A DNA stretch of 64,000 nt from Octopus vulgaris (lineage: Eukaryota): assembly GCA_951406725.2 (NCBI GenBank), contig OX597817.1, positions 146,010,001 through 146,074,000 on the forward strand, written 5' to 3'. A program made the translations under genes and the position numbers. The stretch's first letter is position 1; each line of letters begins with the position of its first letter. The notes under the pieces are model-generated. The model had not been told where the DNA came from, ran no database searches, and saw nothing but the letters and a program-made list of their open reading frames with translations. Shown piece after piece: positions 27,423 to 40,370 of the stretch.

Positions 27423-27659
27423 GGCGGCGAGCTGGCAGAAACGTTAGCATGCTGGGCGAAATGTTTTAGTGGTATTTCATCTGCCGTTACGTTCTGAGCT
27501 CAAATTCCGCCGAGGTCGACTTTGCCTTTCATCCTTTCGTGGTTGATAAATTAAGTACCAGTGAAACACTAGGGTCGATCTAATTGACTTAATCTCTTTG
27601 TCTATCGTTGTTTGTCCCCTCTATGTTTAGCCCCTTGTGGGCAATAAAGAAATAAGAAA
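27423..27659 (+). mobile_element. Family A SINE nested in a family B2 SINE (~27255-27953)
   Basis: Full-length copy flanked by agaaattga(g/a)agtagc duplication inside the host SINE. Further copies at ~28743-28955 and ~29676-29900 (TSD ggtatttacttta). Confidence 0.85.
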
Positions 27660-28438
27660 TTGAAAGTAGCCTGCTGTGTGTGTGTTTTTGTATAAGTATG
27701 TGTGTGTGTGTATGCCTTTAAGTTGATATCACATGAGGGTTGTAAATGAGCATCACCATTATACAATCAGTGTTGTTTGTTCCCTGTCTTGCATGAAAAG
27801 CTGGTCTGGTCATGGGGAAATATTACCTTATCTGGAAACAGGTGAGGGTTGGTGTTAAGAAGTGTATCTGTCCTTAGAAAATCTGCCTCAACAAAATTCC
27901 GTCTGACCCACACAAGCATGGAAAAGTGGACATTAAATCATTGATGATGATTATGAATTTAATCCCAGGATTATTTGTTGCTTTTTTGTGTGTTTGTGTC
28001 TCTCTCTCCAGATTTGATAAAGCAAGTTTCAGCAATATATTAAAATCAGTTACAGCAATTACAGTCCTTATAACAATAATGCTTTTATGCCTGGTAACAC
28101 ATAATCAGTATTAATTGAAAACAATTAGCTTGTTTGTTAAGCCTTAAAATAATAAATTATTACATGGATCTAAGGATTTCTCAAGTAGCCTGACTGGCTG
28201 TAACTTGTTATTCCTACTGATAATTAAAACTATCAGTATATTTTTTTATATTCTTTTTGTGGGTTTTTTTCCTTACATATGTTAATTGTTTTTAAAAGTT
28301 TTATCACCACACTCCTTGTATTGTTTGTGTGCAACATGATTGCAATAATATCAACTTTAATAAATAATTTGAGATAAGGTGTATATAAACTGACTTAGAA
28401 CATAGAAAGTATACATACAGGGTCACATGGTTCCCAGC

Positions 28439-28560
28439 CCCAGGAAGATCTGGGATGAGGTGGTGAAGTATGACCTTCGGATGTTGGGCCTCACCAAGGT
28501 GATGACAAGTGACCGAGATCTTTGGAGATATGCTGTGCTTGAGAAGACCCAGCAAGCCTA
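28439..28560 (+). mobile_element. RTE-clade LINE, ORF C-terminal fragment
   Basis: PRKIWDEVVKYDLRMLGLTKVMTSDRDLWRYAV fits the RTE C-terminal pattern (GRP)RK.W...V..D...L.L...M..DR..WR. Confidence 0.75.
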
Positions 28561-30291
28561 TTTAAGAGTACCCTTCAATCATTGGGCAATAAACAGCACT
28601 TGCGAAAACCTGTTGAGGCAAGTGAAGTGATTGTCATGGCCAGTGACAGTACCACCTGTTTGGCATTGCTTCATCTGCAAAGTCCAACTGAGCTCACAAT
28701 GTTTTACTATTGTCATCATTACATGTACACATTCACATACATGCTGGCAGAATCGTTAGCACGCCTGGCAAAATGCTTAGTGGTATTTTGTCTACCGTTA
28801 CATTCTGAGTTCAAATTCCGCCGAGGTCGACTTTGTCTTTCATCCTTTCGGGGTCGATTAAATAAGTACCAGTTACACACTGGGGTCAATGTAATTGACT
28901 TAATCCCTTTGTTTGTCCCCTCTGTGTTTAGCCCCCTGTGGGAAATAAAGAAATAAATATTAGTTTTCTGTTCGGTTTTGAGAACGACATTGGGGGTGAG
29001 GTAGGGATTTGTTAATTCAGTTTTAATTCTTCCTTTGACTTTCAGATTCACCTGTAAATGGCAAAGCTTTTTCAAAAGTTACATAATAGTCCCTTTGACT
29101 GGTATAACTGCTAGTTTGGTTTTTAAGAACATCTTGGGATAAGTATGGCTTGTTTGCATTTAACCCTTTTGATGTCAACCCATCTGAGACTGTCCCTGGT
29201 TCTGTGTTATAAGCTTTCTGTTTTCAAGTGGTCTGAATATAAACCTTCCATCAAAATTTTATATTAATTTGTTCCAAACGCTACTTAATAATGGCAGTTA
29301 CCTTAGTAAAGTCTTTGTAACTTTAAAAGTTAACTTAAACAAAGGCTGTGCATTTCAGCAAGAATAGATGTTTTGCAAACAACTTGCACATGCAAGTGCT
29401 AACAGTTGATAACTCCACATACCAGAACCCAGCAAATGTATGGGGTCGTCAGGAGAGAATGCGCACCATTTTGGGGCCTACCTCTTGACAGCATCAATGA
29501 GCTCTGCCCACCCCCCTCATTGATATGAGGCCCCCGCTTGTTAGATCAACTGGTTATCAAATAAAGCTCAATATTCTTCTAGTCATTGCTCATCATCTCT
29601 TTTTAACCAAATCCAGTGGCTAACCTTTTCCACTGTAGTTTGGATATCAGTGATGGTGGTATTTACTTTACGGAAGGTGGCGAGCTGGCTGAAGCATTAA
29701 CATGCCAGGCGAAATGCTTAGCGGTATTTCTTCTGCTGTTATGCTCTGAGTTCAAATTCCGCTGAAGTCGACTTTGCCTTTCATCCTTTCAGGGTTGATA
29801 AATTAAGTTATGCACTGGGGTCGATGTAATCGACTTAATCCGTTTGTCTGTCCTTGTTTGTGTCCTCTGTGTTTAGCCCCTTGGGGTAGTGAAGAAATAG
29901 GTATTTACTTTATGGTGAGTTGGGCCTAACAATAACAGCAGTCATCTCACACTGTCTCCAGCAAACCCTACATCCAAGGGTTAAGGCATATATAGCTCTG
30001 AATATGAGTATGTTTACATGCATTGTATTTTGGGGCATCCAACTGTAGAAACCTTGCCAAATGGTCAACTGGAGCCTGTTGCAGCTCTCTGGCTTGCCAA
30101 CTCCTGCCAAACAGTCCAACCCGTTCCAGCATAGAAAACAGATGTCAATTGATGATGATAGTGATGATGATGATCTGTGCAAATGGTGTATGACAGACCT
30201 ACTTGTAGACAGCATTCATGAAGTTTTGGCATTGCTTATTTGACAGCAGATTTTTTTTCTCTCTCATTCTCTATGTGTGGGTGAGCATATT

Positions 30292-30512
30292 TCTCTTTTT
30301 GTGTCTGAGGAGAGAAAGTGTTTATCTCAATTGTGCTCAATTAATAAATTGCAATCTCTCTCTCTCCCCCTCTCTCTGTCTGAGGAGAGAGAAAGTGTTT
30401 TTCTCAATTGTGCTCGATTAATAAATTGCGATCTCTCTCTCTCTCTTTGTGTCTGAGGAGAGAGAACGTGTTTATCTCAAATTGTGCTCAATTAATAAAT
30501 TGTAATTCTCTC
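30292..30512. repeat. Tandem repeat, about three copies of a ~65-75-bp unit
   Basis: tgtctgaggagaga(ga)aagtgtttatctcaattgtgctcaattaataaattg occurs three times, separated by (TC)n. Confidence 0.85.
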
Positions 30513-31661
30513 TATATGTGAATATTTCTTTGCATGCACACGTGCACACACACTCACACGTTTGTTTATCTCCAGCACCAAACAGTGCTGTCACCAAACA
30601 TCTAGTCAGCTGTGCCAACTCATCAGCCTCTAAACAGCAGCACCCACTTGTCTCTTTCTACGCTGTAGTGTAGCTATATTTCTAAACTGTTAGCATGCCA
30701 GGCAAAATGCTTAGCGATACTCTGAGTTCAAATTCCGCTGAGGTCAACTTTGTCTTTCATCCTTTGGGGATGGGGGGATGATAAAATAAGTGCCAGCTGA
30801 GCACTGGTGTCAATATAATCAACTTACACCCTTCCGCCAAATTGCTGGCCAAAATTAGAAACCAATATTTTAGTGTCAATGATCTTGCCTATCTAACTTA
30901 GTGATCTTTCGCTTGGTTGGGAGTCTGTCCCAGATCTTGGGAAGAATTTTGAATACATGCATATATACACATGAAATTGTCAAAATTTAATTTTATCAGT
31001 GAAACAGTTAGCAATAGATAATGGATGAGTTTATATCCTGATGTGGGTGACTACCTGTGCCTGCTTGCTTGAAGCTTCATGTGTAATTGAGATATCATTA
31101 TTTTCTGTTTTCATCTATGCTCAAACTAATTCAATTAAGAATCTCCATTTGGAGAGAGAAAGTCTGTAGATTCGGTCTAAAAATAAATTTGATATTTTTA
31201 TTTTACTGAAGATTGTTAAACTTAGCAATGGTAGATTTTAGTGCTTAATTCTGCTGATTTATTTCTAGTCTCTTCAGTCATAGCTAAAAACCTTTACATT
31301 CCTGCCACGAAATTGAAGCATTGTTTGTTTATTTACTTATTTATGTGAGCGTGTTGTTTCTGTAACATTTAACATTTGAAGTTCCAAGCTAAGTTAATTT
31401 CATTACTAACATATTTTCTTTCATCTCTAATTTCTCTTGAATATTCCCTGATAATTCTGGTATTTTATGACTTTTGTAATATATTTATATCAGAGAGAGA
31501 GAGAGAGAGAAATACACCCTTCTAAGAAAAAAATGTCTAACAAATATCTACTTCCGGTACAGGATAGAGATAATCTACCCCCGTGTGTACTTACATACTC
31601 TCACCTCTGAGGGACATCACTTGTGTCTGTAAGAGCCTGGGCACCACTTCATATAGATATC

Positions 31662-32057
31662 TATTTCTTTACTACCCACAAGGGGCTAAACACAGAGGGG
31701 ACAAACAAGGACAGACAAACAGATTAAGTCGATTACATTGACACCAGTGTGTAACTGGTACTTAATTTATCGACCCCGAAACGATGAAAGGCAAAGTCGA
31801 CCTTGGCGGAATTTGAACTCAGAACGTAATGGCAGACGAAATACCTATTTCTTTACTACCCACAAGGGGCTACAAACAGAGGAGACAAACAGATTAAGTC
31901 GATTATATCAACCCCAGTGCGTAACTGGTACTTATTTAATCGACCCCAAAAAGATGAAAGGCAAAGTCAACCTCAGTGGAATTTGAACTCAGAACGTAAC
32001 GGCAGACGAAATACCACTAAGCATTTCACCCGGCATGCTACCGTTTCTGCCAGCTCG
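31662..32057 (-). mobile_element. Family A SINE, duplicated body
   Basis: Minus-strand dimer with exact 19-bp TSD accacttcatatagatatc (31643-31661 and 32058-32076). Confidence 0.9.
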
Positions 32058-33257
32058 ACCACTTCATATAGATATCATCATTTTACATCCAGAATGAGAG
32101 AATTAGGCGCAGTTGTTTGGGTGCTGATAATTTGGCATAGCTCATTGGACACTCAGCTTGTTTCGGCAACAGTACTTTTTGGTGCTGGAAGCAGACATAC
32201 ACACATGCACATGCAGGAATATGCACGTGTGGATAGAAAAAAGGGATAAAGAAACATGATTGACATAAATACTTTCCATCTTTTCATACACATATAGAGA
32301 AATATGCTCACATGCATATACAGAATGTAGCATGGATTTTGTGAGTGAATGTAACCTCATGAATGTGATGCAGGACGTATATCAGGTATCAGTGGCGAGG
32401 CAGAGTTCATGGGGTCCGAATTGAACCTGCCTTCCCACTCCATCCGTAATAACTTCCGGTCTGTCTTATCATTCGATTTATTTATATTTTTGTGAATTAT
32501 TAATGTCATCTTTATGTTATATCCATCCGTCCATCTGACCCCAATCAGATTGTATTGTCCCTTATCTATGTTGTCCCCTTGTGGGAAATTTAAAAAATCA
32601 CACATATACAGAAACAAGGGAGAAGAAAAGAAGCATTAAAACATCTGTTGTCAAATAAGTCAGTGTCAAATTAGTGGTGTCAAATGGATGGTGCCAAAAC
32701 GGCTGTGTCCTTCTGCTTGGTTTCTATGACTAGATGCCCTTCTTGTCACCAACCATTTTACTGAGTGTAATGGGTGTATTTTCTTGGTGAGTCAGAACTA
32801 AAGAGAGCTCAAGATCTGTTATTTGTGTCAGTGCAATCTTTATTGTTGCCATTGTTTCTTTCTCTCTCTCTTTCACTCTCATATCATGGGATTTTCCTAT
32901 TTAAAAAATTTCATTCCATAAATTCTAGATTCTCCCTTCATTGATTCCACAAGTGGAAGATGAGCCAATGAAGGAGCCTCTTTGTGGCTACTCTATCTGC
33001 TAGAAATAACAACCAAGTCTCTAACTGCACCTTACTGTCTTAGAGAAGAAAGGTTACCTTGAATTGTGTAGTTGTAGATGCACCATACCCAAGACAAAGA
33101 TGGGTGGCTATGGCTGGAATGTCTTTCCAGGTCTGTTCACTCAGTGCTTGACCTGTAACTAAACATCTCTTATTCAACAATCTGTGTCATTTAAACCACT
33201 ATTTTATATTATGTTTATGTGCTCTTACATGTGGTACTTGTTGCCCCAGACCAAAAA

Positions 33258-33583
33258 GTCGACTTTGCCTTTCATCCTTTCAGGGTCGATTAAATAAGTA
33301 CCAGTTACGCACTGGGATCGATATAGTCAACTTAATCCGTTTGTCTGTCTTTGTTTGTCCTCTCTGTGTTTAGCCCCTTGTGGGTAGTAAAGAAATAGGT
33401 ATTTTGTCTGCCGCTACATTCTGAGTTCAAATTCCACCGAGGTCGACTTTGCCTTTCATCCTTTCGGGGTCGATAAATTAAGTACCAGTTACACACTGGA
33501 GTCAATGTAATCAACTTAATCCCTTTGTCTGTCCTTGTTTGCCCCCTCTATGTTTAGCCTCTTGTGGGTAATAAAGAAATAAG
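33258..33583 (+). mobile_element. Family A SINE, duplicated body, 5'-truncated
   Basis: Two core plus tail blocks joined at aaagaaataggtatttt. Confidence 0.8.
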
Positions 33584-34154
33584 AACCTTCATTTGTTTAA
33601 GTCACAAGAGAACCCACCACCACCACATGCCAATGCTGCAATAATTTCATTAGATTTTATAAATCATGCTACGTCTGTTGGCAGTGTTCTGTTAAAAGAA
33701 AGTGCTGGTCTGTGGATTCAGTCCATTTGCCATCATACTTCATTAGCTCATGGAATATCTGTTCCCAAGCATTGGCATATTGGTTGTGTAGTTAAGAAGT
33801 TTGGTTCCCAATCACACAGTCTGCTATAGCCCCAGGTCAGCCAAAACCTTGTGAGTGGATTTGGTAAATGAAAACTAAAAGAAACCCATATTGTGTGTGT
33901 ATGTATATATGTGTGTGTGTGTGTTTATTATCTTGATGTCATGTGATAGTTGTAAACAAGCATCACCATCATACAAATGGTGTCCTTCATCTCCAATCTT
34001 CCATGTAAACATGTATGATCATGAATAAAATATTATTTTACTTGGGAACCAGTAAACGGTTGGCATCAAAAAGAGCATCTAGTTGCAGAAAATGTGCGTC
34101 AACAGCTTCTGTCTGACTCATTCCAAACATGGAAAATTGGACATAAAAACAATG

Positions 34155-34946
34155 TGGCTATGTGGTAAGAAGCTTGCTTCCCAGCCACATGGTTCCAGGT
34201 TCAGTCCCACTGTGTGGCACCTTGAGCAAGTGTCTTCTACTATAGCCTCAGGCCGACCAAAGCCTTGTGAGTGGATTTGGTAGACAGAAACTGAAAGAAA
34301 CCCGTTGTATATGTGTGTGTATTTGTGTGTCTGTGTTTGTCCTCCCAGCATCACTTGACAACCAATGTTGCAGTGTTTATGCCCCTGTAACTCAGCAGTT
34401 CAGTCAAAGAGACCGATAAAATAAGTGCTAGGCTTACAAAGAATAAATCCTGGGGTCGATTTGTTCGACTAAAGGCGGTACTCCAGCATGGCCGCAGTCA
34501 AATGACTGAAACAAGTAATATATATATATATGTATATGTGTGTATATATATATATAGGCAGGAGTGGTTGTGTGGTAAGTAGCTTGTCTACCAACCACAT
34601 GGTTCCGGGTTCAGTCCCACTGTGTGGCACCTTGGGCAAATGTCTTCTACTATAGCCTCGGGCCGACCAAAGCCTTGTGAGTGGATTTGGTAGACGGAAA
34701 CTGAAAGAAGCCCGTCGTATATATGTATATATATATATATATATATGCGTGTGTGTGTTTGTCCCCTAGCATTGCTTGACAACCGATGCTGGTGTGTTTA
34801 TGTCCCTGTTACTTAGCGGTTCGGCAAAAGAGACGGATAGAATAAGTACTGGGCTTACAAAAGAATAAGTCCCGGGGTCGAGTTGCTCGATTAAAGGCGG
34901 TGCTCCAACATGGCCGCAGTCAAATGACTGAAACAAGTAAAAGAGT
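34155..34946 (+). mobile_element. Two tandem family B SINEs
   Basis: Copies ~34155-34517 and ~34557-34946 separated by (TA)n. Confidence 0.85.
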
Positions 34947-35721
34947 ATATATACGTGCATGTATGTTTCTGTAAGTCATCACATTGTAACTATGTGAGTT
35001 AAAATTACAACTGTATTCTGTATTGAGTACTTTTTTTTCTCCTGCTTGTTTGCCCAGTAATTAGTAATTAGGTCACATTTGTGAATGTCTTATGTATACA
35101 AAACAGAAAAAAGAAAACCATGCTAAATATATTTCTCAGAAGAAGAAGAAGAAGAAGAAGAAGGACTATGGTAATAGCATGCAGAATGTCAGAATATAGT
35201 ACCTTAACATGGATCAAGTATACGTCTAAAAGAACTTGCTGTAAATTTGGGGGAATATATATATATTAATAGTAGCAGCATGGTTAATTTGTTATCAGTC
35301 ATCAAATAGATAAGATAGATTACTCTGTTTGACTTACATTGCTATTTATCTTGGCATATCACAAAGATAATCTTTTGGTGGTCTTGAATGTGTATTACTT
35401 AAGTTGTTCATAATATTTCACCCTTTGGTTACCATATTTCTGTTGATGTATATTGTCTATGTTTCAGTTAATTTTGAAAGTAATAATAAAGAAGTTAGTG
35501 AAATAACTTTGTTGTTATTAACTCTTCACCATTCACGTTGTTCTGTCAAAAGCAATGCTTATTTATTCACATTGTTTTGAATTAATCATGGATTATCTAC
35601 AAGCTGCAACTTTGCAATTTTGATGAGGTTAACTGTTAATTTTTAGAATGATATTATGGGGGTGATGCGATAGGTTACTTCTGGCCAGTTTAAACATAAA
35701 GCAGGTAGAATATGTTAGCCA

Positions 35722-36108
35722 GGTGTGGTAAGTAGCTTGCTTACCAGCCACATGGTTCAGGGTTCAGTCCCACTGCGTGGCACCTTGGGCAAGTGTCTTC
35801 TACTATAGTCTCGGGCTGACCAAAGCCTTGTGAGTGGATTTGGTAGACGGAAACTGAAAGAAGCCCGTCGTGTATATATATATATATATATGTATGTGTG
35901 TATATGTTTGTGTGTCTGTGTTTGTCCCCCCAACATCGCTTGACAACTGATGCTGGTGTGTTTACATCCCCGTAACTTAGTGGTTTGGCAAAAGTTACTG
36001 ATAGAATAAGTACTAGGCTTACAAAGAATAAGTCCTGGGGTCGACTTGCTCAACTAAAGGTCATGCTCCAGCATGGCCGCAGTCAAATGACTGAAACAAG
36101 TAAAAGAG
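35722..36108 (+). mobile_element. Family B SINE inserted in a piggyBac-type MITE
   Basis: Near full-length copy; host MITE halves at ~35520-35720 and ~36109-36128. Confidence 0.8.
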
Positions 36109-36417
36109 TTGAAATGCTTAAAGGTTAAAGTAATGTTTGGGACATAAATTAACATAAAATTTTGATGGAAGGCATTAATTTAGATCACTTCAAAACAGGA
36201 AATTGGTAGCAGAAAATCAGGGGTGGTCTCAAGCAGGTGTGGTATCAAGAGAGTTAAAAGATCTCCATGCAAAAATTGTTTGCAACTTCATTATGTATAA
36301 TATTTCATTTAGAAAATGAATGCTGCTGCCTCTTACTGTTATATTACTTAGCTTCATATTGAAGTGTGTGTGTGTGCGAACAACTATTGGGTTACTACTT
36401 TATAGGGAACATGTTCG

Positions 36418-36800
36418 GGTGCAGACATGGCTGTGCGGTTGAGATGCTAACTTCCCAAATACATGATTTCGGGTTCAGTCCCACTGTGTGGCACCTTGAA
36501 CAAGTGACTTCTAATATAGCCCCAGGCCAACCAAAGACTTGTGAGTCGATTTGGTAGACAGAACCTGAAAGAAACACATCGTACATGTTTGTGTGTTTGA
36601 GTGTCCCCCTGCCTTGATAGTTGTAAATGAGTATCACCATCATACAAGCAGTGTCGTTCATTTCCAGTCTTCCTTGAAATATGTCTGGCCATGCAAAAGT
36701 ATTGCTTTGTTTAGAAACGGTGAATTTTTCCAGCCATAGAAAACTATCTCAATAAATTCCATCAGACCCATGCAAGCACAGAAAGTGGCTGTTCAAATGG
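36418..36800 (+). mobile_element. Family B2 SINE (family B head with family C-like tail)
   Basis: Same tRNA/CORE-like head as B, then caccatcatacaagcagtgtc...cccatgcaagca...aaagtgg. Related copies at ~6150-6490, 7815-8105, 11525-11900(-), 27255-27953 and 33780-34150. Confidence 0.7.
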
Positions 36801-38378
36801 ACAATAAAGCTTGGCATAGCCCTTCGGCTTGCCAGCTCTTGTCAAACTGTCCAACCTATGCCAGCAAGGAAGACGGATGTTAAATGATGATGTTCCATCC
36901 TTGCCTTATCCTTTGAAACCAAATGAATTATTCCACTCACCACCTAATCAAAAATAGATACTACTTCTATTTCTAATAGATTCCTCTCCTATTTCTTAGT
37001 TGACTTGGTCTGTTTAGGAAGATAAGCTTTCCTTTAATATAATACAATTCTGTTCTGATAATCCATTATAATATAGTTCTGTGCTCTGATAACTATTTTA
37101 CATGTTTAGAGGTTAGTCTCACAAGCTTATATTTGCTTAAAGGGGCAGCATTTAGTTTGTTGTTATATTAGTGTTTGTTCTGTTGTGTGTGGTTTTTGTT
37201 ATTTTATTGGGTGTTAATCTTGTCAGAAATATCCAGGATTATTGAGTTTTGAAATCTACATCAAACAATCATCATCATTATTGTTTAACATCCGTTTTCC
37301 ATGCTAGCATGGGTTGGACGGTTCGACCGGGGTCTGGGAAGCCAGGAAGCAGCACCAGGCTCCAGTCTGATCTGGCAGTGTTTCTACAGCTCAATCCCCT
37401 TCCTAATGCCAACCACTCCATGAGTGTAGTGGGTGCTTTTTACATGCCACTGGCATGGAAGCCAGTCACGGTGGCACTGACATTGGCCACATTCGGATGG
37501 TGCTTTTTACGTGCCACCGGCACAGGGATCACAACTACAATTTCTATTGATTTTTGATGTTGATGTACTTGACTCGATAGGTCTCCTCAAGCACAGGGTC
37601 GAAACGGTGTTTCTTTACTTGCCACCTGCACAGGAGTCAATCCAGCAGCACTGGCAACGGCCGAGTGCCGGTCATAGGATTTGGTTCAGTCAATTAATTT
37701 TGAGCAATAAGTTAGGTAAGCAATGAACCTGTGACTGCCCTTGTTTTAAAGTGATCTAAATTAACTTCCATCAAATTTTCATGTTGTGTTCCAAATATCG
37801 CAGCAAGTTGGAAGAATCATTAACATGCTGGGCAAAATGCTTAGCAGCATTTCATCTATCTTTACGTTCTGAGTTCAAATCTTGCCATGGTCAACTTTAC
37901 CTTTCACCTTTTCAGGATCGATGTAATCGACTTTCTCCCTTCCCTGAAATTGCTGGCCTTGTGCCAAAATTTGAAACCAATTTATGTTCCAAACATCACT
38001 TTAATAATGACAATCATTTCACTAAATTCTTCATTATTTTCAAAATTAAGGAAGTGTATTTCAACAGAAACATGGTGAACACGTTAAAACTGTCTGGAAC
38101 AATAGTTATTTCATGCAAATGTTTTGTGTGTGTGCCTAAATTGCTATTTCCAAAATTGATTTGAATCCTTATTTTTATCAAACCAATTTTATTTGAATTG
38201 TTAATCTTCATCATCTCTATATCCAAGTTTTTCCGTGATGCCATCTTTTGAGCAAGTCTTGCCACCCATCGCAGTCCTTCATCATCTGGCTTGCACAGTC
38301 TGGCAAGGGAAACTGCCAGTTCTTGTTGCATTATATTGTTTTTCCTATTTGGCTCAATTCTTTGACACAAACCTTATA

Positions 38379-38934
38379 CAGGGTGGACCAAAATGATCTC
38401 ACACATTTGGAGGCTTAATAAAAGCACAAAATAAGAAATAATGCAAAGAAAAATTTTATTTTCTGAATGTACATATAATGCCATTTTATTTCATTAAGTT
38501 TTAAAAATTAAATCAGCTAAATGCTTCCCATCATTGTCAACACACTGTTGGAGACGTTCATAAAAGTTATCAATAACTCTATGGATCATTTCTTCTGGAA
38601 TGGTGAAATGTGATTTCTTCTTGTGGGGATATTTAAAATCAAAAAGTATCTGGTCATCGCCCTCGATCTATTGATGAATTAAAACGTGCAATTTGTGTAG
38701 AAATAGCAACCATTCCAGAAGAAATGATCCATAGAGTTATCGATAACTTTCATGAACGTCTCCAACAGTGTGTTGACACTGATGGGAAGCATTTAGCTGA
38801 TTTAATTTTTAAAACTTAATGAAATAAAATGGCATTATATGTACATTCAGAAAATAAAATTTTTCTTTTCTTTATTTCTTATTTAGTGCTTTTATTAAGC
38901 CTCCAAATGTGTCAGATCATTTTGGTCTACCCTG
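38379..38934. mobile_element. Tc1/mariner-superfamily non-autonomous element with ~226-bp inverted arms
   Basis: TA|CAGGGTGGACCAAAATGATC...GATCATTTTGGTCTACCCTG|TA; arms 38379-38604 and 38709-38934; TA target duplication. Confidence 0.9.
38609..38819 (+). pseudogene. Tc1/mariner transposase C-terminal remnant (one frameshift)
   Basis: Reads CDFFLWGYLKSK/VSGHRPRSIDELKRAICVEIATIPEEMIHRVIDNFHERLQQCVDTDGKHLADLIFKT*, the segment that follows the SPDL motif in DD37D/DD41D-type transposases. Confidence 0.85.
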
Positions 38935-39977
38935 TATAAGTGAAAATCTTTTCATAAAATAGGTACTTCTGAAAGTTCTTTGGACAACATTCATGTTTAG
39001 ACCTCTACCATTGAAGTAACATTAATAAGAAAATAGCTTTTTGACTTTGCTTTGAGTTGCGTAAATCTCTCCTTACTTTCACTAATACCCCAGTGGAACT
39101 GTACACTTGAATTACAACATTATTGGGTTTGTTGAGAAGATATTACCTTTAGAACATTCCTTGTCTTTGACTCATCAACACACATTTGTTAAGAGTGGTT
39201 AGTGACTGAAATCCGATCTGTTACTAAATGTAGTATTACTGAATCACAAGACTAACATAAAAATCTAATCAGCTAGCATTGATCTGGACTAAAAAGCAAT
39301 ACAAATCTCTCCACCAAGTTTTCAAATACTGGATGTGATTGTATGCATTTAATACAAAATTGTAAACATACCTTTCTAATTTCTGAAGTAAAAATAAGCA
39401 GAATAGTCTTGATATCAATATCTTATTTGGATATTGGTATCAAGAAACCCCTATGTTTTTCTCAGAATATCTTTTCATTCCTTTTAGAATTAAATAAAAT
39501 CTTGACAAATGCTGCCATAGCAGGGGTGGGTTTTTTTTTCTTCTTTTGCTTGTCTTTAATTGGTCCAAGCCCAAGGAATATCAGGTTACAAAGGTTGGAT
39601 GTACTTTGGAAGTAGATGATATCTGTCTCGGCTGTTTGTTCAATTCCTGTTTTTTTTTTTTGTTGTTTTCTTTTTTCATGTCTATTATTGATATAGTTCA
39701 CATGTAGATACGACATAATCAATGAGTGGATATTGACTCTCAGCATGACATCAACCGCCGTTAAGTAAAAATTAGTTTTTGATTAGCAAACTCACTTGCT
39801 ATGCTGTGTTGGGGAAACATTTTTAGAATTAATTTGCTTCTTGCAAGTAGTTGCATGAAAGTAACTGATAACTAATCAACAAACTTTATTAACCCTCTCA
39901 TATCTGGAACATTAACTTCAATCTTTTGTCATTTTGAAAGCATGCTAACTTAAATCATAAAATATATAATTATGCAT

Positions 39978-40370
39978 AGGTGCAGGAGTGGCTCTGTGGT
40001 AAGCAGCTTGCCTACCAACCACATGCTTCTGGGTTCAGTCCCACTGCATGACACCTTGGGCAAGTGTCTTCTACTATAGCCTTGGACCGACCAAAGCCTT
40101 GTGAGTGGTTTTGGTAGATGGAAACTGAAAGAAACCTGTCATATATATGTATGGGTGTGTATATGTTTGTATATCTGTGTTTGTTCCCCACCAGCATTGC
40201 TTGACAAGCAATGGTGGTGTGTTTACGTCCCCATAACTTAGCGGTTCGGCATAAGAGACCGATAGAATAAGTACTGGGCTTACAAAGAATAAGTCCTGGG
40301 GTCGATTTGCTCGACTAAAGGCTGTGCCCCAGCATGGCCGCAGTCAGATGACTGAAACAAGCAAAAGAGT
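39978..40370 (+). mobile_element. Family B SINE
   Basis: Full-length copy. Similar + copies at ~4030-4372, ~50356-50708 and ~51538-51912. Confidence 0.85.
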
